Positions 46,925-57,266 of a stretch of DNA of 64,000 nt are shown here, piece by piece. The stretch spans positions 1 through 64,000 of IMG/VR virus record IMGVR_UViG_3300028394_000053. The stretch is one strand, 5' to 3'. This stretch comes from a virus. The notes beneath the pieces were generated by a model that did no database searches, was not told the DNA's origin, and saw nothing but the letters and a program-made list of their open reading frames with translations. How positions within the stretch are numbered: position 1 is the first letter of the stretch; every line of letters starts with the position of its first letter. A program made the position numbers and the translations under genes.

Positions 46925-49900
46925 GGCCGATCAACTGAACCCCGAAGAATTTCAACGAGCATCGAACGACATATTACGAAATATGCAGGATGGTCTTCCT
47001 ATACGAAAAGAAGAGCTGGAACAACTTAAAAAACACGCCGAAACCAATCAAAAAATAAATGCCCAGCTGGGGCAGACCACCCAGAATCTAAAAGCATTCG
47101 GTCAATCGGCCCTGGACGGCAAGCTAGGGGTCACACAGTTTAATCAAGGAATTGACGCAGGGGTAGCGGGATTTTCTGCGTTATCAACTGCTCTAGGAAC
47201 ATTAAAATTATTTGCAGGGCCACTTGGCATAGCACTGAAAGTGCTTACTTTTGGTGTTGGGCTAACTGCCAAGGCCTTTAAAACGGTCAACGAACAGAGT
47301 GAGGCACTGTTCAAAACTTATCAAGATCTAAGCAAAACTGGACAAGCTGCCGCGGGTGGCATGACCGAAGTTTTCAACAACATGCAGAAGTTTGGTTATG
47401 GTATAAAAGAACTAGATCAAATGACTGCTCTGCTCAAGGAAAATAGTGTGGCACTTGCGGCCTTTGGTGGCACCGCAGCCACTGGATCCAAGGCATTCGC
47501 TGATGCAGCCGGACAAATACAACGCAGTGACATAGGCAAGACCTTACAGATGATGGGTAAAACTCCCGATGAGATCAATAAAGGAATAGCAGGCTTTATC
47601 AAACAACAGCAACTAGCCGGGGTATCATCTGCAACTATACAAAAAGATTTAGCACAACGCAGTGCCGAATATGTTAAACAATTAGATTTAATGAGCAAGC
47701 TCACAGGAGAAAGTAACGAAGCACTGCAAGCAAACAGAGAATCCGCGTTAGCTGAAAGTGCGTTTAACCAAACTATCTACGAATTACAGAAAAAAGGTGA
47801 TACGGCATCTTTAGAAAGAGCTGCTGAGTTACAAAAAGCATCTGACTTGCTGGCAAAAACACCTGCACTACAAAAAGAATTTTGGCAAGGTGTTGGCGGC
47901 GATATTAGTGCAATGGGCAAATCACTAATGATATCCGCGGATGCTGTACTATACACTCAAGACGCAAATTTTAAAGCCGCTACATTTGTAGACAAGTTTG
48001 CAAAAGGCGCAGATTCTGCACGTGAAAGTTTAGGCTCACTATACAAATATAACTCACTTGATAACGTTCTTGGTAGTGCCAAAGAATTAAGTATTGTTCA
48101 ATCTCGTTACGCAACAACCACAGCACAAAATCAAGAAGACATGGCCAAGGCCCAGCAAGAGGCTCAGAAGACAGGGCTAGATCCTAACACTAAAGCCATG
48201 GTAAATGCTCGTATAGAGCAGATGAACACACGAGATGCTTTGCAAAGCCTGGTACAAAAAGGTGTAGAGCCGGCTACAGGTGCACTGGAAGGATTTAGTA
48301 AATTCCTTAACAAGATATCGGGAGTAGTGCCCGGTACAAATACTAAAGAGACAGACAACAAGATTGGTGGTGGTGGTGACAAGAAAGCTCCGCCATCAGC
48401 TCCAGCAGGCGGTGCAGCCCCATCCAGCGGCGGTGCAGCTATAGTTAGTCCAGGAAAATCAGTTCAAATTGGTGATGAAGTCCGGACCGGTGGAGACCCT
48501 AACTGGCGCAACAATAATCCTGGAAATATACGCTACACACAGTTTGCAGTATCAATGGGAGCCATTGGGGAGAATGGAGGATTCGCAGTATTCCCTTCAG
48601 AAGCCATGGGTCGTACTGCACAAGACGCTCTGCTCAAAGGCGAAGCCTATGCCAAATTATCTGCAGCAGATGCCATTAGAAAATGGGCACCCAAAAACGA
48701 AAATGATTCAGAAAATTACATTAAAACTGTAGCCAAATTGGCAGATGTGAGCATGGACAAGAAGTACGTGGACATGTCCAAAGCAGAACAAGAACGATTC
48801 CTCGATGCCATGAAAAAAATGGAAGGCAGCAAGGTCGGCACAGTGACTAAGGCAGCAGGATCAGTTGCCACTACAGCCGCTGCACCCGTGGAAAAGAAAG
48901 AAACCAAGGCCCTAGTAGGGACCGGACCAGCACGAGAAGAATCCCCAAAGAAAACCACAGTGTCGGGCAATATGTCCATGGGCAAACCCAGCGGGCCCAT
49001 TGAATATAACGGTCAAACAGTAAAACCTGAAGATGCTGGCTATGCCGAAGCAAGCAACGCATTGGTTGCCTCTACGAAAAAATTTGATGAAGCCAAACAA
49101 CGGTCTCGAGAAGCAAGAACCAATATGGCAGGATCTCGGGGCATTGGGGCCGCTCCTAAGTCATCACCGCCACCGGCGCAAACATCATCTGCCCCTGCAC
49201 AAACAACATCCGCACCAGCACAAACAACATCCACAAATGATCTATCTGGTGCCAAGCCAGACTTATCAGCAAAACTAGGACCAAATGAACAAGGTGTTAA
49301 ACCCGCAGTTTTGGCAAAAAAACAAAGTTTAGAAGCATCGTTGGGCAAAAAACTGGTTGTTACCAGCGGATTTAGACCAGGCGCAAAAAATCACGGTAGC
49401 GGCGATGCCATTGATCTTGGGTTCAACGCTAATAGCTTTACAGAAGATGAAAAAAATAAAATATTGAAATCTGCTATCGACTTGGGCTTTACCGGAATAG
49501 GAGCCGAGTATAATGCGCCGGGCGGCCCGCACATACACCTAGATACTTCACACCCGTCGTTGGTTGGCTGGGGAAGCGATTATACTGCAGCCAGTTTAGA
49601 AAAGGATTCTCCATATGCAGCATCACTGATTAAGGCCAAACAACAAGGTGTGCCATTGCCGGCAAGTCCATCTGTGGCATCTGTTGCAAGGCCATTGCCG
49701 GACAAGATATCTGCAGAATACGGATTCAATGGCATGCTATCTGGACCAACCAGCGGATACAAACCTGATATAACCATGCACGGCACAGAGAATTTAAAAA
49801 TAACACCAACTGGTCCAGGAAAACTTGATGTGTTTGACGGACCCGATGCTGGTGCGCTGATGTCCAAACAACTGGATAAAATGGATCAACTGGTACAGGC

Positions 49901-50021
49901 ATTTAACAATACCAGCACACAAGACATGATGATCATGCAGTTGACCAAGCTGGATGAACTGGTGCGAGTCATGCAAAATCAAGTTAATGTCAGCACAAAG
50001 ATATTGCAACAGAGCAGATAA
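46923..50021 (+). CDS. Tape-measure-like protein with lysozyme-like and M15-peptidase-like domains
   Basis: Ala/Gln/Lys-rich helical N-terminal half; RNNNPGNIR..FAVFPS..KWAPKNEND; TSGFR..NHGSGDAIDL..HIHLD. Start moved to MADQLN at 46923. Confidence 0.7.
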   Translation: MADQLNPEEFQRASNDILRNMQDGLPIRKEELEQLKKHAETNQKINAQLGQTTQNLKAFGQSALDGKLGVTQFNQGIDAGVAGFSALSTALGTLKLFAGPLGIALKVLTFGVGLTAKAFKTVNEQSEALFKTYQDLSKTGQAAAGGMTEVFNNMQKFGYGIKELDQMTALLKENSVALAAFGGTAATGSKAFADAAGQIQRSDIGKTLQMMGKTPDEINKGIAGFIKQQQLAGVSSATIQKDLAQRSAEYVKQLDLMSKLTGESNEALQANRESALAESAFNQTIYELQKKGDTASLERAAELQKASDLLAKTPALQKEFWQGVGGDISAMGKSLMISADAVLYTQDANFKAATFVDKFAKGADSARESLGSLYKYNSLDNVLGSAKELSIVQSRYATTTAQNQEDMAKAQQEAQKTGLDPNTKAMVNARIEQMNTRDALQSLVQKGVEPATGALEGFSKFLNKISGVVPGTNTKETDNKIGGGGDKKAPPSAPAGGAAPSSGGAAIVSPGKSVQIGDEVRTGGDPNWRNNNPGNIRYTQFAVSMGAIGENGGFAVFPSEAMGRTAQDALLKGEAYAKLSAADAIRKWAPKNENDSENYIKTVAKLADVSMDKKYVDMSKAEQERFLDAMKKMEGSKVGTVTKAAGSVATTAAAPVEKKETKALVGTGPAREESPKKTTVSGNMSMGKPSGPIEYNGQTVKPEDAGYAEASNALVASTKKFDEAKQRSREARTNMAGSRGIGAAPKSSPPPAQTSSAPAQTTSAPAQTTSTNDLSGAKPDLSAKLGPNEQGVKPAVLAKKQSLEASLGKKLVVTSGFRPGAKNHGSGDAIDLGFNANSFTEDEKNKILKSAIDLGFTGIGAEYNAPGGPHIHLDTSHPSLVGWGSDYTAASLEKDSPYAASLIKAKQQGVPLPASPSVASVARPLPDKISAEYGFNGMLSGPTSGYKPDITMHGTENLKITPTGPGKLDVFDGPDAGALMSKQLDKMDQLVQAFNNTSTQDMMIMQLTKLDELVRVMQNQVNVSTKILQQSR
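49171..49233 (+). repeat. Three imperfect 21-bp tandem repeats encoding PAQT(S/T)SA
   Basis: PAQTSSAPAQTTSAPAQTTS linker between the two hydrolase-like domains. Confidence 0.8.
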
Positions 50022-50039
50022 CGCCATAAATACTAGACT

Positions 50040-51878
50040 ATGGCAGAAAACACTAACGGCGGTCAGGGGCGTGGATGGAAGAAGTATTTTAGAGTTGCCA
50101 ACACTGGCGGCCAACTAAGCCCAATTTCAGGCTCCAATCAATTTGGACTTCCCGGCTACGGCAAACAACAAGGTGCGGATTATAGCAATCCCGGTACTGG
50201 CAACGACTTTGCCTATCGTAATTACGCAAGTAGATTGCCTGAGGTTTATTCTGGTCACCCCAATCGTGTAGAACGTTACAACCAGTATGAAAACATGGAC
50301 TGCGATTCAGAAGTAAATGCTTGTTTAGATATCATAGCTGAATTCAGCACACAAGCCAACGACGACAACAAAACTCCGTTTGACATAAACTTTACTGACA
50401 AGCCAACTGATCACGAAGTTGAAATTATTAAAAAACAACTACAGCAGTGGACCAAACTAAACAAATTTGATCAGCGCATGTTCAAGCTATTCCGTAATGT
50501 GATCAAGTACGGAGATCAAGTGTTTGTGCGTGACCCAGAAACATTTGAAATGTACTGGGTAGACATGGTCAAGGTATCTAGAGTTATTGTAAACGAAAGC
50601 GAAGGCAAGCGACCCGAGCAGTATATCATACGTGATATCAATCCCAACTTTCAAAACATGAGCATAGCTCAAAAAACCACAAACGATTACTATGCAACCA
50701 GGGCCACTGGCAGTATTGGACAGAACAATTATACCGCACCCGGTGGTGGTGGCGGGGGTGGTGCAGGAGCTGGCGGTGCTGGTGGCAGTCGTTTCCAACA
50801 GGCCATGAACGAAACTTGCTTGGACAGTCGCCACGTGGTACACCTTAGTCTAAACGAAGGCCTGGATTTCTATTGGCCATTTGGGCAAAGCATCCTGGAA
50901 AACATATTCAAGGTCTACAAACAAAAAGAACTGCTGGAAGATGCTGTGTTGATCTATCGGGTAAGTCGTGCCCCGGAACGCAGAGTTTTCAAGATCGATG
51001 TGGGCAACATGCCCAGTCACTTGGCCATGCAGTTTGTAGAACGGGTCAAAAACGAAATGCATCAGCGCCGTATTCCCACAAATACAGGTGGTGGCGCCAA
51101 CATGATGGATGCGTCATACAATCCACTCAGCATCAATGAAGATTACTTTTTTCCAGTAACCGCAGATGGTCGCGGCAGTGAAGTTACTACCCTGCCGGGC
51201 GGAACAAGTCTGGGCGAAATTGACGATTTAAAATACTTCAATAACAAAATGGCACGCGGCCTACGTGTGCCAAGTAGCTATTTGCCTACCGGTCCAGACG
51301 ATTCAGATCGTGCATTTACTGACGGCAAAGTGGGCACAGCACTAATACAAGAATATCGTTTTAACCAGTATTGCAAGCGTTTACAAAACTTGATCATGCA
51401 GAAGCTGGATGACGAATTCAAGATGTTCCTGCACTGGAGAGGGTTCAACATTGACTCGGGCCTGTTCAACATCACCTTCTGTGAGCCACAAAACTTTGCT
51501 ACCTATCGCCAGGCCGAAATGGACAACAGTCGTATCAGCTCGTTTACACAGCTGGAACAGTTGCCTTACATGAGCAAGCGATTCATGATGAAACGTTTCT
51601 TGGGACTATCTGAAGAAGAAATCATGGAAAACGAAGTGTCCTGGAGAGAAGAACGCGAAGAGCCCGAAGTTGAAACCACACAAGGTCAAGACCTGCGCAG
51701 TATTGGCATTACTCCTGCGGGCATGGATAGTGATATCACAACCGGTGAAGATTTGGCTGGTGCAGAAATCATGCCCGATTCAGGACAACCCGGTGCCACA
51801 CCCGGTGTAGCCGGACAATCTCCCGGCACTGGCGCACCAGCACCCGGTGGGGCCGCTGGCGGAGTGCCTGCGTTATAA
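50040..51878 (+). CDS. gp20: Portal protein, T4 gp20-like
   Basis: LLEDAVLIYRVSRAPERRVFKIDVGNMP, EDYFFP..GRGSEVTTLPGG..GEIDDLKYF, LRVPSS. Confidence 0.95.
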   Translation: MAENTNGGQGRGWKKYFRVANTGGQLSPISGSNQFGLPGYGKQQGADYSNPGTGNDFAYRNYASRLPEVYSGHPNRVERYNQYENMDCDSEVNACLDIIAEFSTQANDDNKTPFDINFTDKPTDHEVEIIKKQLQQWTKLNKFDQRMFKLFRNVIKYGDQVFVRDPETFEMYWVDMVKVSRVIVNESEGKRPEQYIIRDINPNFQNMSIAQKTTNDYYATRATGSIGQNNYTAPGGGGGGGAGAGGAGGSRFQQAMNETCLDSRHVVHLSLNEGLDFYWPFGQSILENIFKVYKQKELLEDAVLIYRVSRAPERRVFKIDVGNMPSHLAMQFVERVKNEMHQRRIPTNTGGGANMMDASYNPLSINEDYFFPVTADGRGSEVTTLPGGTSLGEIDDLKYFNNKMARGLRVPSSYLPTGPDDSDRAFTDGKVGTALIQEYRFNQYCKRLQNLIMQKLDDEFKMFLHWRGFNIDSGLFNITFCEPQNFATYRQAEMDNSRISSFTQLEQLPYMSKRFMMKRFLGLSEEEIMENEVSWREEREEPEVETTQGQDLRSIGITPAGMDSDITTGEDLAGAEIMPDSGQPGATPGVAGQSPGTGAPAPGGAAGGVPAL

Positions 51879-51885
51879 ATACAAG

Positions 51886-52107
51886 ATGAACCTTAACGAA
51901 ATATACGACCGTGCCGAAGTTGGCTACCAAGATCTTGGCCAGGACAACAGCCAACCTACCCTGGGCGATCTGCGCAAGACTCGCCTGACCTTGCGCCAGT
52001 TAAACAAACTACGCCAGATGAATGATGTTAGAAGTTTTGAGTACAAAGAAAAACTCAAGCTGGTCAAGCAACAATATGCACCTGCCCCGGCCGCGCCTGC
52101 ACTGTAA
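51886..52107 (+). CDS. Small head-module protein (73 aa)
   Basis: Start MNLNEIYD at 51886, 4 nt after a perfect TATAAATA; RKTRLTLRQLNKLR. Confidence 0.7.
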   Translation: MNLNEIYDRAEVGYQDLGQDNSQPTLGDLRKTRLTLRQLNKLRQMNDVRSFEYKEKLKLVKQQYAPAPAAPAL

Positions 52108-52214
52108 CACTACAGTCACAATTCCTTTCAAAAACTACCAGTTTTACACCTCAAAAGTACCAATATTACCGATCTCATGTAAGTAATATACGAGCCATTA
52201 CTTAAGGAGAAATT

Positions 52215-53129
52215 ATGACATCGAAATTTGAACAGTTGATCGAATATGTGATCAATGATGAAGAGGCGAAAGCCAAAGAACTTTTCCACGATATCGTGGT
52301 TGAAAAGTCACGTGAAATCTACGAGAACCTCATGAACGAAGAAGAGGACGAAGAATTAGACGAAGAGTCACATGATGAAAAAGCAGATGATCGTGCTGAA
52401 CGTGATGCTAAAAAAGTCAAAAAAGATTTAGAATACGATTACAAACACGGTCGTAAAGTAAAAGAAGGCATGGATTCTATTGGTGGCGATGCCAGCGATG
52501 ACTTGATTGACGACGTTGAGTCTGAAGAACAAGGCATGCAAGAAGAGGAAGAATCTGATGCAGAATTTGACGACGAAGCCGAAGAAGATGGCGAAGATTT
52601 AACACACGACATGGAATATGACCATGACAAAGCAGGCGAAGGCGACATCGAAGATAGAGTTATTGACTTGGAAGACAAGTTAGACGAACTAATGGCTGAA
52701 TTTGAAGCTATCATGGGCGGCGAAGAAGACGGCATCGAAAGCGATTTAGATGGCGAAATGGGCGACGAATTAGCCGGTGATGCTCTAGCACAAGACGACA
52801 CCGTGGCGTTTGATGACGACGAAGCAATGATGGAAGCTGTTACTTTGGACAAAGTAGCTGTTCCAAAAATGGGCGACGACGGCGCTAACACCAAAAGTGT
52901 AGTTCCTGCCAACTCAGGCGCTAAAGGCATGCAAGGTGCTCCGGTTCGAATGACTGGTGACACTGCTCAAGGCCGTTCAGCTCCATCAACAAAAGATTTG
53001 CCACAAGCCGGTACATTTAAAAATGTTCCAGGTAAAGGCACAGCCAATGCCAAGCAATCCGCGGCTCCAAAGCCAACGACAGCACAAGCAGGTGGCACAA
53101 ACACTAGAACTCCTTTTCCAAAAGGATAA
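52215..53129 (+). CDS. Highly acidic prohead core/scaffold-like protein
   Basis: Asp/Glu-rich with a central coiled coil; between portal and protease genes; strong SD AAGGAG. Confidence 0.6.
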   Translation: MTSKFEQLIEYVINDEEAKAKELFHDIVVEKSREIYENLMNEEEDEELDEESHDEKADDRAERDAKKVKKDLEYDYKHGRKVKEGMDSIGGDASDDLIDDVESEEQGMQEEEESDAEFDDEAEEDGEDLTHDMEYDHDKAGEGDIEDRVIDLEDKLDELMAEFEAIMGGEEDGIESDLDGEMGDELAGDALAQDDTVAFDDDEAMMEAVTLDKVAVPKMGDDGANTKSVVPANSGAKGMQGAPVRMTGDTAQGRSAPSTKDLPQAGTFKNVPGKGTANAKQSAAPKPTTAQAGGTNTRTPFPKG

Positions 53130-53138
53130 TAGCAAGAT

Positions 53139-53789
53139 ATGGCTCGATATCTAAAAGAACACCTCAGCTTCAACCAGGCCAACATTGAATTGTTGACGGA
53201 AGAAGCTGCGGACGGTTCCGGTGGCAAAACTTTGAAACTCAAAGGCATTTGCATCGAAGGCGGCGTAAGAAACGCCAACGAGCGTGTGTATCCTGTTAGT
53301 GAAATAGCCAACGCAGTAAAAACCATCAACGAACAGATTGTATCTGGCCACAGTGTCTTAGGCGAAGTTGATCATCCAGATGATTTGAAAATCAACCTGG
53401 ATCGAGTCAGTCACATGATTGAAAAAATGTGGATGGAAGGCCCTTGCGGTTATGGCACATTAAAAGTATTACCTACGCCAATGGGAGAACTGGTTAAGAC
53501 CATGTTGACCAACGGTGTAAAACTAGGTGTTAGCAGTCGTGGATCAGGAAATGTCAACGACTCCAACGGACATGTCAGTGACTTTGAAATCGTCACTGTG
53601 GATGTGGTTGCCCAACCCAGCGCACCAAATGCGTATCCCACAGCAATCTACGAAGGCCTGCTCAACATGCGTGGCGGACATAGAATTCTGGAGATGGCAA
53701 AAGAAGCCGGGTCGGACAACAAGGTACAGAGATATTTGAAGAAGGAAGTAATGCGCCTGATCCGAGATCTCAAAATAGAGGGGAAATAA
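53139..53789 (+). CDS. gp21: Prohead core protease, T4 gp21-like
   Basis: NANERVYP, LGEVDHP, LGVSSRGSG, DVVAQPSAPNA. Confidence 0.93.
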   Translation: MARYLKEHLSFNQANIELLTEEAADGSGGKTLKLKGICIEGGVRNANERVYPVSEIANAVKTINEQIVSGHSVLGEVDHPDDLKINLDRVSHMIEKMWMEGPCGYGTLKVLPTPMGELVKTMLTNGVKLGVSSRGSGNVNDSNGHVSDFEIVTVDVVAQPSAPNAYPTAIYEGLLNMRGGHRILEMAKEAGSDNKVQRYLKKEVMRLIRDLKIEGK

Positions 53790-53793
53790 CGCT

Positions 53794-54879
53794 ATGTTAG
53801 ATAGTTTAAAACCGTTACTAGATAGCGACTTGATCAACGAGGAAACTCGTAGTGAGATCACTGAAGCTTGGGAAGCCAAGCTAAATGAAGCTCGTGAACA
53901 AGTTCGTGCAGAACTCCGCGAAGAGTTTGCACAACGCTATGAACATGACAAGACAGTAATGGTGGAAGCCCTAGATCGTATGGTAACAGAAGGTCTTGCA
54001 GTAGAACTCGAGCAGGTACGTGCTGAAAAGCAATCACTTGCAGAAGATCGTGTCAGGTTCCAAGCCAAAATGAAAGAAAGTTCCACCAAGTTTAACGACT
54101 TTATGGTAACCAAATTGGCTGAAGAAATCGGCGAACTGCGTAAAGATCGCAAGATGCACACAGAAGGTGTTTCTAAATTAGAATCCTTTGTAGTACATGC
54201 ACTTGCACGTGAGATTCGTGAATTTGCACAAGACAAACAAGATGTTGTTGAAACTAAAGTTCGTCTAGTGCGTGAAGCTCGCAAACAGTTGGAAACACTC
54301 AAGGCACGTTTCGTAACAGAATCTGCCAAGAAAATGTCCAACGCTGTTGGCCGTCATCTCAAGGCTGAACTTGGTCAGTTGCAGGAAGACATCAAAGTTG
54401 CTCGCGAGAACAATTTTGGTCGTAGAATCTTTGAAGCATACGCAGCAGAATTTGGTGCTACTCACTTAAATGAGAAAGCAGAAGTTCGTAAATTGCACGA
54501 CGTTATTGCCAGAAGAGAACAGCAACTAGGCGAAGCCATCAAACTCGGTGCTAAAGCAAAAACTTTAGTTGAGAGTAAAGAACGCGAAATACGCATAATC
54601 CGCGAATCCAATCAGCGTGAAAGCGCCATGGAAGAATTGCTTGCTCCTTTAAACCAGGAAAAGGCAGCTGTAATGCGTAATTTGTTGGAAAGTGTACAGA
54701 CAGCTAGACTGTCCGGTGCTTTCGAAAAGTATCTACCAGCTGTGTTGGCAGACCGATCTGTAAAAGCTTCTAAAGTGATTACCGAAAACGTTTCCGTTGC
54801 AACTGGCGATAAATCTGCCCGTGTCCAGGAAGAAGATCGCAGTAATGTGATTGACCTCAAGCGTCTGGCAGGGCTGTAA
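53794..54879 (+). CDS. gp22: Prohead scaffolding protein, T4 gp22-like
   Basis: Long Glu-rich coiled coil between the protease and capsid genes. Confidence 0.75.
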   Translation: MLDSLKPLLDSDLINEETRSEITEAWEAKLNEAREQVRAELREEFAQRYEHDKTVMVEALDRMVTEGLAVELEQVRAEKQSLAEDRVRFQAKMKESSTKFNDFMVTKLAEEIGELRKDRKMHTEGVSKLESFVVHALAREIREFAQDKQDVVETKVRLVREARKQLETLKARFVTESAKKMSNAVGRHLKAELGQLQEDIKVARENNFGRRIFEAYAAEFGATHLNEKAEVRKLHDVIARREQQLGEAIKLGAKAKTLVESKEREIRIIRESNQRESAMEELLAPLNQEKAAVMRNLLESVQTARLSGAFEKYLPAVLADRSVKASKVITENVSVATGDKSARVQEEDRSNVIDLKRLAGL

Positions 54880-54906
54880 AATCAGATAGAAAAAAAGGAG
54901 ACTTAA

Positions 54907-56103
54907 ATGTCACAAGAATTATTAGAAAGTCGTTGGGATGAGACTAAAGATGCGTTGCTAGAAGGCTTAAACGGCTCAAAGCGCAATTCGATGGCAGTAA
55001 TCCTTGAAAATACCAAGAAGTACTTGCGTGAAAATGCATCTTCTGGTTCTACTGCTAGTGGTAACATCGCTACATTAAACAGAGTGATTCTACCAGTTAT
55101 CAGACGTGTTATGCCAACTGTTATCGCTAACGAGTTGGTTGGTGTTCAGCCAATGACAGGTCCAGTAGGTCAAATCCACACCTTGCGTGTAAGATACGCA
55201 AACAGCTTGACTGACAACAGCCAAGCAGCAACTAGTGTAACAGCCGGCCAAGAAGCATTGAGCCCGTTCACTATTGCAACTGCATACTCCACAGTTCCGG
55301 CTGGTACTAATACTGCAAGTGGTTACACTGGCAATAACACAGCTACCATGGAAGGTACTGGCGGTAAGCAGATCTCTGTACAGATCTTGAAACAGGCTGT
55401 TGAAGCCAAGACTCGTAAGTTACAAGCACGTTGGACTTTTGAATCTGCACAAGACGCACAAGCCATGCATGGTATTGACGTTGAAGCAGAAATCATGGCT
55501 GCTCTTGCACAAGAGATCACAGCTGAGATTGATCAAGAGATTCTCTTGAGCTTGTCAACATTGGCTGCAACTGAGTACACATACAACCAAGCTACTGTAA
55601 GTGGTACTGCTACATTCGTTGGTGACGAGCACGCTGCTTTGGCTGTTCTTATCAATCGTGTTGCAAACTTGATCGCTCAGCGTACACGTCGTGGCGCTGG
55701 TAACTGGGCTGTTGTATCTCCAGCAAGTTTAACTGTACTACAAAGTGCAACAACTAGTGCGTTTGCTAGAACCACAGAAGGTACTTTTGAAGCTCCTACA
55801 AACACCAAGTTTGTTGGTACTTTAAACGGTGCTATGCGTGTGTTTGTAAACAGCTATGCTCAAGACACAGCAAGTGTATTGGTCGGTTACAAAGGCACTT
55901 CAGAAGCTGATGCTGCTGCGTTCTACTGCCCATACATTCCGTTAATGAGTAGTGGCGTTGTTCTAGATCCGTCAACCTTCGAACCAGTCGTGTCATTTAT
56001 GACACGTTATGGCTTCGTCGAGCTCACCAATACTGCAAGTTCCTTCGGTAACGCAGCAGATTATGTTGGGGAGATAGCCGTCCAAAACTTATCATTCTCC
56101 TAA
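54907..56103 (+). CDS. gp23: Major capsid protein, T4 gp23-like
   Basis: ELVGVQPMTGPVGQI, AKTRKLQARWT, EITAEIDQEI, FYCPYIPL, TRYG. Confidence 0.96.
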   Translation: MSQELLESRWDETKDALLEGLNGSKRNSMAVILENTKKYLRENASSGSTASGNIATLNRVILPVIRRVMPTVIANELVGVQPMTGPVGQIHTLRVRYANSLTDNSQAATSVTAGQEALSPFTIATAYSTVPAGTNTASGYTGNNTATMEGTGGKQISVQILKQAVEAKTRKLQARWTFESAQDAQAMHGIDVEAEIMAALAQEITAEIDQEILLSLSTLAATEYTYNQATVSGTATFVGDEHAALAVLINRVANLIAQRTRRGAGNWAVVSPASLTVLQSATTSAFARTTEGTFEAPTNTKFVGTLNGAMRVFVNSYAQDTASVLVGYKGTSEADAAAFYCPYIPLMSSGVVLDPSTFEPVVSFMTRYGFVELTNTASSFGNAADYVGEIAVQNLSFS

Positions 56104-56141
56104 TCAGAGATTGTTTGTTTATTTCTCAGGGATGGGAAGAC

Positions 56142-56166
56142 AAAAACCACCGCAAGGTGGTTTTTT
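56142..56166 (+). terminator. Rho-independent terminator after the major capsid gene
   Basis: AAAAACCACC-GCAA-GGTGGTTTTTT: GC stem, GNRA loop and U-tract. Confidence 0.9.
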
Positions 56167-56201
56167 GTTGGCTACAATAATCCTGGCTAATAAGTATGTA
56201 G

Positions 56202-57266
56202 ATGTTGTTTTACTATAGCGATTTTAATTCTCTCTGCGCCCGAGACACTGACAGATCTTATCTTGAACAATTTTTTGATCAACGCTGTTTAATTATAACT
56301 GACAGCAATCTCAATTGGGTTGATCTGGATCAGGTCCGTGCTATTGTACACAAACAGGGTATACAACTCATCCTTGTAGACCTGACCCACAATCCTTACC
56401 CAGACGCAGATCCCGACCGTAGGCCCACACCTCGTTCAATACAACAACAGTATTCCACTATTGCCACCACTCAAGTGCTTACGTCGGACTACCGGTATTA
56501 TTACGATCCAGATCCTGACTTTGTGTTTTTTCCATTGTTTCTATGGTTGTTCAGCACACGTCAGCCTGTGTGGTATGCCCGAGCCACTTACGACGCTGGC
56601 CTTGAAAAATCTAGAAGTATCATGTGCCTAAACAGCACACAATCCTGGCACAGGATCTATCTGTTTGGCCAGTTGGTTGAATGTCCCGGTTTTGATCAAA
56701 TTGACTACAGTTTTGTATTTCCTTTAGGAGATGTGCTAGAACGACTACCAATTCCTGAGTACATGACCGCAACAGAACTAGATCACATACGTCTTTACCA
56801 AGATCGCCTGCCCATCAGATTAAAAAATGATGGGGTTGCACAAAAAAACGATGTGGGAGTAGGGCACCCTGTTTATAATCAGTGTGCCATTAATATTGTT
56901 ACAGAAACCAGCATAACCGAAGGAGTTATTGTATCAGAAAAAACATGCAAACCATTTATGGCCTATCAGATACCCGTTATTGTTGGGCCCATTGGCGGCT
57001 CACAATTTCTTGAGGACATTGGGCTTGACATGTTTGCAGACTACATACCGTGGACAACATGGGATTCGGTAGCGGATCATAAACTCCGGATCAGACAGAT
57101 AGTAGAGTTTGTAGACGGACTATTAGCCAACCCAGATGCTATATTAACAACCCATCAAGGATTCCGGGATCGATTGATAAAGAACAAACTGTACTTTCAC
57201 AGTACAGAATTTCAAGATCTGTTATTACACCAGATCAGGAAGCAAAAACTTTCGAACCCTAGGTAA
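56202..57266 (+). CDS. Putative GT-B-fold (GT10-like) glycosyltransferase, paralog of 656-1708
   Basis: MCLNSTQSWHR, INIVTETS, VSEKTCKPFMAYQIPVIVG..LEDIGLDMF. Confidence 0.6.
   Translation: MLFYYSDFNSLCARDTDRSYLEQFFDQRCLIITDSNLNWVDLDQVRAIVHKQGIQLILVDLTHNPYPDADPDRRPTPRSIQQQYSTIATTQVLTSDYRYYYDPDPDFVFFPLFLWLFSTRQPVWYARATYDAGLEKSRSIMCLNSTQSWHRIYLFGQLVECPGFDQIDYSFVFPLGDVLERLPIPEYMTATELDHIRLYQDRLPIRLKNDGVAQKNDVGVGHPVYNQCAINIVTETSITEGVIVSEKTCKPFMAYQIPVIVGPIGGSQFLEDIGLDMFADYIPWTTWDSVADHKLRIRQIVEFVDGLLANPDAILTTHQGFRDRLIKNKLYFHSTEFQDLLLHQIRKQKLSNPR

Noticed and set aside
50730-50795. Gly-rich run in the portal gene as an intein or mobile insertion
   Set aside because: Short low-complexity loop with no splicing motifs.
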